Assembly (NCBI RefSeq): GCF_001431705.1
Contig: NZ_LJWX01000002.1
Span: forward strand, 563,352 to 587,351
Direction of reading: 5' to 3'
Source of the DNA: Ferrovum sp. JA12
GTDB taxonomy: Bacteria; Pseudomonadota; Gammaproteobacteria; Burkholderiales; Ferrovaceae
Length of the DNA: 24,000 bases
Part shown: positions 6,631 to 13,925 of the stretch, one piece after another
How positions within the stretch are numbered: the stretch's first letter is position 1
Layout: each line of letters opens with the position of its first letter
The notes under the pieces: model-generated
What the model was told of the DNA's origin: nothing
The model's input: the letters and a program-made list of their open reading frames with translations, nothing else
Database searches by the model: none
Translations under genes and position numbers: made by a program

Positions 6631-7152
6631 CTATGGAATGATGCCCATCCGAATCTTGGTCTTGATGCTCGAAAGCCAGTCTTCCCGGTATTGCAGGGCA
6701 AATGCATCGAGGTTGGCGCGACCGACTCCTGCCTGGCGTGCCAGATATTCCAGAGAGACTGCGCAGTCGAGCCAGCCGAGTGCGTGTGTGGCAATCAATG
6801 CCGCCTTATCGGCGGTGGTCACGACCACGATGGCCGAAGGCAACAGGTTGTTGGCGAGCAGCCAGGCCAGCAGATGCTTCTCACCATCGTCGAGCGTGCC
6901 GCAGGACGGATGGGCGAGTACCACGGACGCCAGTTCCTTGCGCGTCACCGGATGCTGTCCGGCAAGACCTTCGTTCAGTTCGGCAGGAGGAACCGCGATG
7001 TGACGGGGATCAGACGGGTTGCCGGTGAGCGTCTCCTCGACGCACTTCTGAACTGTTTCGATCGCAAAATGGCTGCTGATTGCCGTCCAGCAGCCGGTTC
7101 GAAATGCTTCGAGGATGACGTTGGTATCGGCAAAGACTCGGGTTTTCGGCAT
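6631..7152 (-). CDS. PIN-domain-like nuclease (putative toxin/effector partner of the XRE-ImmA protein)
   Basis: N-terminal VFADTNVILEA, then LDDGEKHLLAW and VVTTADKA, fit the acidic triad spacing of PIN folds. It starts 12 nt after the ImmA gene stop. Confidence 0.65.
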   Translation of the reverse strand: MPKTRVFADTNVILEAFRTGCWTAISSHFAIETVQKCVEETLTGNPSDPRHIAVPPAELNEGLAGQHPVTRKELASVVLAHPSCGTLDDGEKHLLAWLLANNLLPSAIVVVTTADKAALIATHALGWLDCAVSLEYLARQAGVGRANLDAFALQYREDWLSSIKTKIRMGIIP

Positions 7153-7164
7153 ACGGTCCGCACC

Positions 7165-8286
7165 TCATAACTCAAACGGTGCTGGGAGATCGTACTGGGC
7201 GAACAGTTCGGTCAGACCACCAAGACCCAGCCCCATGGCTTTTGCTGCCTTGCGGGCCGACAGTCGTCCATTCTCCAATGACTCGTGCAGCATGCGCACG
7301 AAGGCAACGGAGAACCGCTTGGGGGGGCCTGACACCGAGGGTCGCTGCTTCTCTTGACAGAGATTGCGACGGGTGTCGTCACTGATGAGCTTGAGGTTGA
7401 ACAACCGCCACGCCAATGCCACCGGCGCCACGCGCAGCAGCGCTGCGACTTCGCACAGGTGGGGGATGTCATCCCGGCGATTGCCATCGATCAGTTGGGT
7501 CAATGAAATGCGCGGCATCAACAGGGCAGCGGCAAAGTTGTTCGCCAATTGCTCGATGCGTTTTCCCTTGTTGCGTTCCTCGATGGAATTCGATTCCCGA
7601 TGATCGGGTTGCATCGCATCCCAGGTGAGCGCATGAAAAAGCTCGTGCGCCAGATCGTAGTAGCGACGCGCCTCGCTCTCGTTGCGGTTGATGAGTATGA
7701 CGCCCATTTCCTCGAGGTGGCATGTCGCACCCGAGATGGATTGTCCTTCGCCAGCGTCAACCGTATCGACGAACAGCACCGGGATGTCCAGTTCGCGCTC
7801 GATCTTGTCGATCAGGGTTTCTGCCGGAATGATACCCAGGTCCAGTTCGGCAACGAGACTCTCTGCACGATCCTGTGCATCCTCGAACGATGACTGGGCA
7901 GACAGACGCAACGCGCGCTTGAGCACGCTTGCCCGGCCGCCTTGCCGTTCACGCAGCCAGCGGAGCAGGCCAATCCACTGACCAGCCTTCAATTCGAACC
8001 CGTCCAGACTGTCCTCAGGAACCTCGGGTGCCGTCCGCCACGAGAACTGTGCTTCTCCAGCCACGGCAAAAGGATCCACGAAAAACTCGATGTCACGATC
8101 CAGGAGGTCGGACAGCGCCAGCAGTTCCTCGGGCTTCAGCGCGCGCTTGCCGTTTTCGATGTCAGAAATCGACTGGCGGTCGTTCAGGCCCAATTCCTGG
8201 GTGAGTTGATCCTGCGTCCAGCCCGCCGCATCGCGCGCGGCTTTGACGCGGTAGCCGATCAATTTTTGCGAAATCTTTTCGAGCAT
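7165..8286 (-). CDS. XRE-family HTH fused to an ImmA/IrrE (COG2856, M78) zinc metallopeptidase domain
   Basis: The N-terminus GWTQDQLTQELGLNDRQSISDIENGKRALKPEELLALSDLL is an XRE HTH. The core has YDLAHELFHAL (HExxH) followed by EQLANNFAAALLMP, the ImmA/IrrE signature. Confidence 0.9.
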   Translation of the reverse strand: MLEKISQKLIGYRVKAARDAAGWTQDQLTQELGLNDRQSISDIENGKRALKPEELLALSDLLDRDIEFFVDPFAVAGEAQFSWRTAPEVPEDSLDGFELKAGQWIGLLRWLRERQGGRASVLKRALRLSAQSSFEDAQDRAESLVAELDLGIIPAETLIDKIERELDIPVLFVDTVDAGEGQSISGATCHLEEMGVILINRNESEARRYYDLAHELFHALTWDAMQPDHRESNSIEERNKGKRIEQLANNFAAALLMPRISLTQLIDGNRRDDIPHLCEVAALLRVAPVALAWRLFNLKLISDDTRRNLCQEKQRPSVSGPPKRFSVAFVRMLHESLENGRLSARKAAKAMGLGLGGLTELFAQYDLPAPFEL

Positions 8287-8305
8287 GGTTACCCCCTAAA
8301 CCAGT

Positions 8306-8334
8306 ATTTTAGTATTGCGTATTTAGAAAGGCAA
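8306..8334 (-). promoter_or_regulatory. Candidate sigma70 promoter for the XRE-ImmA cluster
   Basis: Minus strand reads TTGCCT (8334..8329), 17 nt, TAAAAT (8311..8306), ~20 nt upstream of GGGGG-N5-ATG at 8286. It sits in an AT-rich divergent intergenic region with GTATTT(T)AG direct repeats. Confidence 0.4.
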
Positions 8335-8505
8335 GAATTAATTGCTACTTGTTATTTGCATGAATTGTGCGTAAGTGTGGTCTGTGACCTTACTTCCGCA
8401 GTCACCTGCAGACGTTCGCAACGCTTGTCAATTCTGCGATGGAGAAAGACGATCTCCTTGCCCAGAATATCCATCAAGTAATTTTTATTGATGGAGTGCC
8501 CGACC

Positions 8506-8745
8506 ATGATGACAGCAAACTTGATTGACCCAACCCGAATGACCATCGAGGAACGACGAGCGGAAGTCGCATCGATACTGGCGCTCGGCGTTATGCGGTT
8601 GCGAACGAAGCCGGATGCGTTGGCCGAGAAAAATGAACCGCCTTATCTTGACTTCTGCCCACCACAACGCGTTCATACAAACCCGTCATCACGAGTTCGC
8701 AGCGCCATCCGCGAGGTGCTGCTGACCAAACAGAAAGGAGTTTGA
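8506..8745 (+). CDS. Small hypothetical protein (79 aa), first gene of the recombinase module
   Basis: ATG at 8506 lies 10 nt after GGAG. The stop at 8743..8745 abuts the ATG of the next gene at 8746. The start choice is uncertain (the track ORF starts at 8488). Confidence 0.5.
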   Translation: MMTANLIDPTRMTIEERRAEVASILALGVMRLRTKPDALAEKNEPPYLDFCPPQRVHTNPSSRVRSAIREVLLTKQKGV

Positions 8746-9231
8746 ATGAGCAAGAAAACCGTAGTCTCAGGCGTGATCGGCCGAATCGCGCACCTGCCCG
8801 ACACACCATTCGAAGAAATCAAATCGCTGTGGCAACAGATTTTCGCCACCCCCATGCCCACGCACAACCGTCAGTTTCTGGAACGGCGTATTGCCTACCG
8901 ACTGCAGGAAATCGAGTTTCGCAAAATTGATCGTAACCTGATGGATCGGAATGACCGTCGCATCAAAACCATCATAGAAACGGGCCAGAACAAAAAGCGC
9001 GATCGCGATCACCGTCCGGTTGCCGGTACATTGTTGACTCGGGAGTACAAGGGAGTAATTCACAAAGTGGTGGCAACCCCCGATGGTCAATATGACTTTC
9101 AGGGGCGTATGTACCCAAGCCTCTCCATGATTGCACGGGAGATCACCGGGACACGGTGGTCTGGTCCATTGTTCTTCGGGCTCAAGCCGTCAGCTACGAA
9201 ACCCACCTCCAAGAAAGGAGGTTGTCGATGA
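8746..9231 (+). CDS. DUF2924-like protein (usual partner of large serine recombinases)
   Basis: FLERRIAYRLQE ... G..L.REYKG..H.V......G.Y.F.GR.Y.SLS.IAREITGTRWSGPLFFGLK matches my recollection of DUF2924. The stop overlaps the recombinase ATG (ATGA), and AAAGGAGG lies inside its 3' end. Confidence 0.75.
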   Translation: MSKKTVVSGVIGRIAHLPDTPFEEIKSLWQQIFATPMPTHNRQFLERRIAYRLQEIEFRKIDRNLMDRNDRRIKTIIETGQNKKRDRDHRPVAGTLLTREYKGVIHKVVATPDGQYDFQGRMYPSLSMIAREITGTRWSGPLFFGLKPSATKPTSKKGGCR

Positions 9232-10583
9232 GCGAAGCACTGAAACGCCGTATGCGCTGCGCGGTCTACACGCGCAAGTCCACCGACGAGGGGCTGGACC
9301 AGGAATACAACTCGATCGACGCACAACGTGATGCGGGGCATGCCTACATCGCCAGCCAGCGCGCCGAGGGATGGATTCCGGTGGCAGACGACTACGATGA
9401 TCCGGCCTTCTCGGGCGGCAACATGGAACGCCCATCGCTGCGACGATTGATGGCCGACATCGAGGCCGGCAAGATCGATGTGGTCGTCATCTACAAGATC
9501 GACCGCCTGACGCGCAGCCTCGCGGACTTCTCCAAGATGGTCGAGGTGTTCGAGCGCTATGGCGTGTCGTTCGTGTCGGTCACCCAGCAATTCAACACCA
9601 CCACGTCGATGGGGCGGCTGATGTTGAACATCCTGCTGTCCTTCGCACAGTTCGAGCGCGAGGTCACCGGCGAGCGCATCCGCGACAAGATCGCCGCCAG
9701 TAAGCGCAAGGGCATGTGGATGGGCGGCGTGCCTCCCCTCGGTTACGACGTCGAGAACCGCCGACTGGTGCCCAACGAACGTGAGGCCAAGCTCATCCGG
9801 CACATCTTCCAGCGCTTCGTTGAACTGGGCTCCAGCACGATGCTGTTCAAGGAGCTGAAGCTCGACGGCGTGACGTCCAAGGCGTGGACCACGCAGGACG
9901 GCAAGACCCGAGACGGCAAGCCGATCGACAAGGGGCTGATCTACAAGCTGCTCAACAACCGGACCTACCTCGGTGAACTGCGCCACAAGGAGCAGTGGTA
10001 CCAGGCCGAGCATCCACCGATCATCGACCGAGAGTTGTGGGACAAGGTGCACGCCATCCTCGCCACCAACGGTCGGGTTCGCGGCAACGCCACCCGGGCG
10101 ACGGTGCCGTACCTGCTCAAGGGCATCGTGTTCGGCAACGACGGTCGCGCCTTGTCGCCGTTTCACACCACCAAGAAGAACGGTCGCCGCTACCGCTACT
10201 ACGTGCCGCAGCGCGAGAACAAGGAGCACGCGGGCGCGTCTGGGCTGCCACGGCTGCCGGCTGCAGAGCTTGAGTCCGCCGTGCTGGACCAACTGCGCGC
10301 GGTCCTGCGATCGCCGGATCTCCTGGGCGACGTCCTGCCACGAGCGATCGAACTCGACCCCAGCCTCGACGAGGCGAAGGTCACCGTCGCCATGACGCGG
10401 CTCGACGCCATATGGGAGCAGCTCTTCCCAGCCGAGCAGACGCGCATCGTCAAGCTGCTGGTCGAGAAGGTGATCGTGTCGCCCAACGACCTGGAAGTGC
10501 GGCTGCGCGCCAACGGCATCGAGCGTCTGGTGCTGGAACTGCAGCCAGCCGGCGCGGCCCAGCCCGAGGAGGCATTGGCATGA
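9228..10583 (+). CDS. Large serine recombinase (resolvase/invertase catalytic domain plus recombinase domain)
   Basis: CAVYTRKSTDEG contains the catalytic Ser context. Also present: DRLTRSL, GVSFVSVTQQFNTTTSMGRLMLNILLSFAQFEREVTGERIRDK, and GGVPPLGYD of the recombinase domain. 451 aa from the ATG at 9228. Confidence 0.95.
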   Translation: MSEALKRRMRCAVYTRKSTDEGLDQEYNSIDAQRDAGHAYIASQRAEGWIPVADDYDDPAFSGGNMERPSLRRLMADIEAGKIDVVVIYKIDRLTRSLADFSKMVEVFERYGVSFVSVTQQFNTTTSMGRLMLNILLSFAQFEREVTGERIRDKIAASKRKGMWMGGVPPLGYDVENRRLVPNEREAKLIRHIFQRFVELGSSTMLFKELKLDGVTSKAWTTQDGKTRDGKPIDKGLIYKLLNNRTYLGELRHKEQWYQAEHPPIIDRELWDKVHAILATNGRVRGNATRATVPYLLKGIVFGNDGRALSPFHTTKKNGRRYRYYVPQRENKEHAGASGLPRLPAAELESAVLDQLRAVLRSPDLLGDVLPRAIELDPSLDEAKVTVAMTRLDAIWEQLFPAEQTRIVKLLVEKVIVSPNDLEVRLRANGIERLVLELQPAGAAQPEEALA

Positions 10584-11029
10584 GCGAGATCCGCATCCAG
10601 AAGACGGGCGAGCCCGACGTCATCGAGGCCAGTGATGGGCGGCTGACTTTGTCGGTGCCGATCCAGATCAAGCGGCGCAGCGGGCGCAAGCTGGTCACGC
10701 TGCCGATCGACCCGGTGACGGGCGAACCAGCCAAGGCCAGACCCTGGGACACGGCCACCACGCCGTTGCAACTGGCGCTGGCCAGGGGTCACCGCTGGCT
10801 GGCCATGCTGGAGTCGGGCGAGGCCAAGTCCCTCAAGGAGATCGCCGCCCGGGAAGGGATCGACAACAGCTACGTCAGCCGGATGGTCAACCTGACCACG
10901 CTGGCACCCGACATCGTGGCGGCCATCCTGGACGATGCATTGCCGAACCACGTCACGCTGTTTGATCTGGCGGTTGATCCGCCAGCGCTGTGGGATGAGC
11001 AGCGGGCGAGACTTACAGTGAGCGGTTGA
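10580..11029 (+). CDS. HTH-type accessory protein downstream of the serine recombinase (possible directionality or targeting factor)
   Basis: The ATG overlaps the recombinase stop (ATGA). The C-terminal 85 aa are conserved in the paralogue at 3..263. The IAAREGIDNSYVSRMVNLTTLAPDIVAAIL segment looks like an HTH. Confidence 0.75.
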   Translation: MSEIRIQKTGEPDVIEASDGRLTLSVPIQIKRRSGRKLVTLPIDPVTGEPAKARPWDTATTPLQLALARGHRWLAMLESGEAKSLKEIAAREGIDNSYVSRMVNLTTLAPDIVAAILDDALPNHVTLFDLAVDPPALWDEQRARLTVSG

Positions 11030-11031
11030 TG

Positions 11032-11949
11032 CTACGTGACCAGGTCAGCTGTCAGCTTTTCCACCAACTCATTCGTGCTCGGCGCGTACGTTGGCAGCTG
11101 TCGCTGTGCTTGTCGAAATATCCCGACAAGTAAGCACGCCGTGAAGAGCCAGTAGTGCGACTCCTTGGCGAGCGGGCTGCCGGATATCATCGTCTGGATG
11201 CGCGTAGTAATCGGCGGATATTCCGCTGTTCCCCACCGAGCGCTTTCCGGGGTTATTTCGTGCAAGATCATTGCACCGAGTGCGATTCCCATTGATCGCT
11301 TATCCAGAACCCTTCTGAAAGCCTGGCCAACAGACTGGGCATAGTTTCCAATCTTGTCGGTCAGAAATGACCTTGCCCAGACATCGCATGCAATCTCTTC
11401 TTCGCGCCGGTCGGCGGGGTAGTCGCCGTCACTGAGAAATTTCACGTGCCGAAGTTCATGAAGAAAGACATAGGCGGTCGCCAGACAGACTAAGTCGAAA
11501 GCCGCCATTTCTTGATGGCTGCCGAGCGTTTCTCTATCGGCTTCAGGACGCGGAACATCTTGCGGCCAGGTGGTGTGCACCGAACTTTGCCCTTCGATGA
11601 TCGATCGAGCTGAATTTGAGCGAGACCTGTAATCCATCTCGAAAGAAGCAAGCTCGCCATCGGCGCGCAGTATGTCTTCAAGGGCCCCACCAGTGATGCC
11701 GGCGAGAATGATCGCTGGAGAGTACGTCTCGATTGATCTCCACCCATTGAAACCGAGCAGCCAGATTGCCTCGAGTGTCTTGTGGTCAAACTGGATGCGA
11801 CCCTTGCCCGCGCTGATGTTCACGCCTCGAGCGTCGTCGACTAGGCAGATCTTGGGTGCATAGCGATCCCATAGGTCCTCAATGTCTTGTTTTCGCTCAG
11901 GCGTGGCGCCTTGCAGCAGAGCCTTAACAGCGATGACTGCTTCAACCAT
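11032..11949 (-). CDS. HExxH zinc-metallopeptidase-like protein (305 aa), possibly Lit/peptidase-U49-like. Coupled to AbiEii.
   Basis: Start taken at the ATG at 11949 (MVEAVIAVKALL...), which overlaps the AbiEii stop (ATGGTTGA). It has YVFLHELRHVKF at residues 161-172 and EEEIACDVWARSFL ~20 aa later. The longer track ORF (to 12039) would run antisense-free but overlaps abiEii by ~100 nt. Confidence 0.6.
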   Translation of the reverse strand: MVEAVIAVKALLQGATPERKQDIEDLWDRYAPKICLVDDARGVNISAGKGRIQFDHKTLEAIWLLGFNGWRSIETYSPAIILAGITGGALEDILRADGELASFEMDYRSRSNSARSIIEGQSSVHTTWPQDVPRPEADRETLGSHQEMAAFDLVCLATAYVFLHELRHVKFLSDGDYPADRREEEIACDVWARSFLTDKIGNYAQSVGQAFRRVLDKRSMGIALGAMILHEITPESARWGTAEYPPITTRIQTMISGSPLAKESHYWLFTACLLVGIFRQAQRQLPTYAPSTNELVEKLTADLVT

Positions 11950-12964
11950 TGCTGCACCCATTGATCGTTGTTTCCAGCGCGCGCAGACGATCGGCGATGG
12001 CGTCGAAGGCGGGTGGCTCGCCGATGAACATGCCGGCACCGATCATGCGCTGGAAGTCATCGCGCAGCGCGGCCAGTGCGGCATCTTCCGGAATGAGTCT
12101 GAGCTGCCCGGCCAGGCATGCGTCGTAGTTGGCGTAGCTCGCGTTGTAGAAGACCTTTTTGTGCTTGACGACATCCGCGAGCAGAGCGCGATCGGCCAGA
12201 GCGGCTTGCCCATGGGCAAGATCAGCCAGCATGGCCAGGTCGTACCAGTGGCGTGACAAACGTTCGGCGCCAGTACGGAACTCGTCGCGCTGACACTCGA
12301 CGTGCATCAACGTCGCCTTCTCCCAGAAGGTACGCGCCGGGGACAGCACACTGACCTTCGAACGAGGAAAATCGAGCGCAGCGACATGCTCCGCGATGTC
12401 GGGCCGTACCTCATGCTTTTCGTTCGGCTCGGTGATGTTGCGACCACCGAACTCAATCAGGACGCTGTTGCCAACGTAGTCCCCCGGCGCATCAAGCACG
12501 GTCGGGTAGTGCACACGCAACTGCTCGCCGTCATCGCTGACTTCAAGCTGGAATGCGCCGGCATCGAACTCGGCTGCCAGTGTCCGCTGAAAGTGCGGTG
12601 CCACAACACCATGAGCATGATCGCGCACGAAGGACTTGAGATCCTCGCTGAATTTTTTCAGCCGATTGCGCGAGACGCCTTCGGCAAACGGATCGAAGGA
12701 ACCGTCCAAGCCACGGTAGTCGAGCGTGATGTCCACGTCTTCGGAGAAGCGTGCGATGGCTCCGAACACTTTGGATAGCGAGGTGCCACCCTTGAAGGCC
12801 ATCGGAAGTCGGCCGGGCATGGTGAACAGGGTCTGCAGCACCCAGCAGACCCAGACATCTTTTTCCAGGACTACGGGCGAGCGGGCAAGCTGCGGAGCCA
12901 GTGCCCGATAGATTTGGGACTGCTCTTGAGCTTTCAGGTGCAGGAAGGACTCAGGCATGAACAA
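11942..12964 (-). CDS. AbiEii/AbiGii-family nucleotidyltransferase toxin (DUF1814)
   Basis: EKDVWVCWVL..LF.......AFKGGTSLSK......RFSEDVDITLD is the characteristic N-terminal NTase motif of AbiEii. It overlaps the AbiEi gene by 14 nt. Confidence 0.85.
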   Translation of the reverse strand: MFMPESFLHLKAQEQSQIYRALAPQLARSPVVLEKDVWVCWVLQTLFTMPGRLPMAFKGGTSLSKVFGAIARFSEDVDITLDYRGLDGSFDPFAEGVSRNRLKKFSEDLKSFVRDHAHGVVAPHFQRTLAAEFDAGAFQLEVSDDGEQLRVHYPTVLDAPGDYVGNSVLIEFGGRNITEPNEKHEVRPDIAEHVAALDFPRSKVSVLSPARTFWEKATLMHVECQRDEFRTGAERLSRHWYDLAMLADLAHGQAALADRALLADVVKHKKVFYNASYANYDACLAGQLRLIPEDAALAALRDDFQRMIGAGMFIGEPPAFDAIADRLRALETTINGCSNG

Positions 12965-13571
12965 CCGTCCGCTCGCTCCGGAAGATGGCGTCGCTCATCC
13001 ATGCGGGCATTGAACTGGTGGCTGACTTCAGCACCCCGAATTCGCTTGATCCCAGCTTGCGCCGAATCTTCTCGACGAGAGCCGGCGTTACTTCCGTCTT
13101 GCCGAGGTACCACATCGCCGCAAGCGCGAGCCCGGCGGGTCGACCCGCCAAGGCCAACTTGCGCTGACAGACGTGCTGCAGACGGATCTCCATCTTCCCT
13201 ACGCGGATGCGCTTCGACGGGCCGGATGTCACGAATACCGACTGGGTCGGAACCTGCGTGGTCAGCTCGAGCCGACGCGCCGCTTCGGCACCGTGAACCT
13301 GGACGACGGCGCCAGTGGTCTTGGCGACCGTCTCGGCGACCTTCAAAGGCGAGGGACTAACCTTGCCGACGAAACGGCTAACCTCGGGGCGCACGAAGAC
13401 GCCGCGCGTCACACGCTCAATCGATCCTGCTTTGACGAGGCGGGAGAGGGTCTGATCGACGGACGCGCGCGTGCCGCACTCCAGGAATGCCGTTGGGGTG
13501 AAGGGCTCCCCAATCGGCATCGTCTCGATGCGCTGGCGAATCAGCTCGGCGGTCTTGGTCGTCGTGTTCAT
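12951..13571 (-). CDS. AbiEi-family (type IV TA) antitoxin / transcriptional regulator
   Basis: Start taken at the ATG at 13571 (MNTTTKTAELIRQRIETMPIGEPFTPTAFLECGTRASVDQTLSRLVKAGSIERVTRGVFVRP). This is the typical AbiEi N-terminal wHTH. The track ORF extension to 14024 crosses the terminator and tmRNA and is an artefact. Confidence 0.85.
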   Translation of the reverse strand: MNTTTKTAELIRQRIETMPIGEPFTPTAFLECGTRASVDQTLSRLVKAGSIERVTRGVFVRPEVSRFVGKVSPSPLKVAETVAKTTGAVVQVHGAEAARRLELTTQVPTQSVFVTSGPSKRIRVGKMEIRLQHVCQRKLALAGRPAGLALAAMWYLGKTEVTPALVEKIRRKLGSSEFGVLKSATSSMPAWMSDAIFRSERTVVHA

Positions 13572-13578
13572 GTATGAA

Positions 13579-13607
13579 AATATACGTGAGTTTCTGACAA
13601 ACAGCAA
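13579..13607 (-). promoter_or_regulatory. Candidate abiEi promoter giving a leaderless or near-leaderless mRNA
   Basis: Minus strand reads TTGCTG (13607..13602), 17 nt, TATATT (13584..13579), then only 7 nt (TTCATAC) before the ATG. There is no Shine-Dalgarno sequence. Confidence 0.45.
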
Positions 13608-13635
13608 GTGTGATGACTCACAGGGAGATGCTCGT

Positions 13636-13925
13636 GTTCCCTCCGGCAGCCAATGCTGCAATCCAACCGATTGAACGGTCCGCGCGTAACCCGTTGATTT
13701 CAAGGGGTGCCGGACCGGGTCTTTGCGGACTTCGGCGCATTCGCGGAGAGCGAGGCCGGAGAGAAGAATGGCCAGGAGAGAGCGAAAGGTTGCCGAGAAC
13801 GGGCCAGATGGCCGACCGGCCAAGTCCGCAGGTTTCCGCAGGAACCCGCGCAAACACGCGGGAACTGTCGCTGTCAGACGAGAAAAAGCCCCAACCGAGA
13901 ACGGTTGGGGCTTCGTTATTGGTGG
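13636..13925. repeat. Copy 2 of the 290-bp conserved non-coding terminal region. Includes the tmRNA terminator and the last bases of the tmRNA.
   Basis: See copy 1. Offset is exactly 12,395 nt, with 217/290 identities by hand count and no indels. Confidence 0.85.
13878..13912 (-). terminator. Rho-independent terminator of ssrA, carried on the island side
   Basis: Minus strand has the 11-bp stem AGCCCCAACCG/CGGTTGGGGCT with a 4-nt loop, followed by TTTTTCTCGTC. It starts 7 nt after the tmRNA CCA end. Confidence 0.75.

Noticed and set aside
6499-7170. 223-aa plus-strand ORF (also 6566..7003 and 6702..7028)
   Set aside because: They are antisense to the PIN-like gene, are Arg/Gly/Cys-rich, and have no RBS.
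7942-8481. 179-aa plus-strand ORF
   Set aside because: It is antisense to the XRE-ImmA gene, whose HTH and HExxH motifs are unambiguous.
9099-10292. 397-aa ORF on the minus strand
   Set aside because: It is entirely antisense to the well-supported serine recombinase gene. Its composition is Arg/Ala/Gly/Val/Leu-rich with no motifs, which is the typical shadow ORF of a high-GC coding region.
10199-10951. 250-aa minus-strand ORF, plus the plus-strand ORFs 9973..10395 and 10412..10579
   Set aside because: These are shadow ORFs over the recombinase and accessory genes. The extension at 10412 lies upstream of the coupled ATG at 10580 and is out of frame with the recombinase gene it overlaps.
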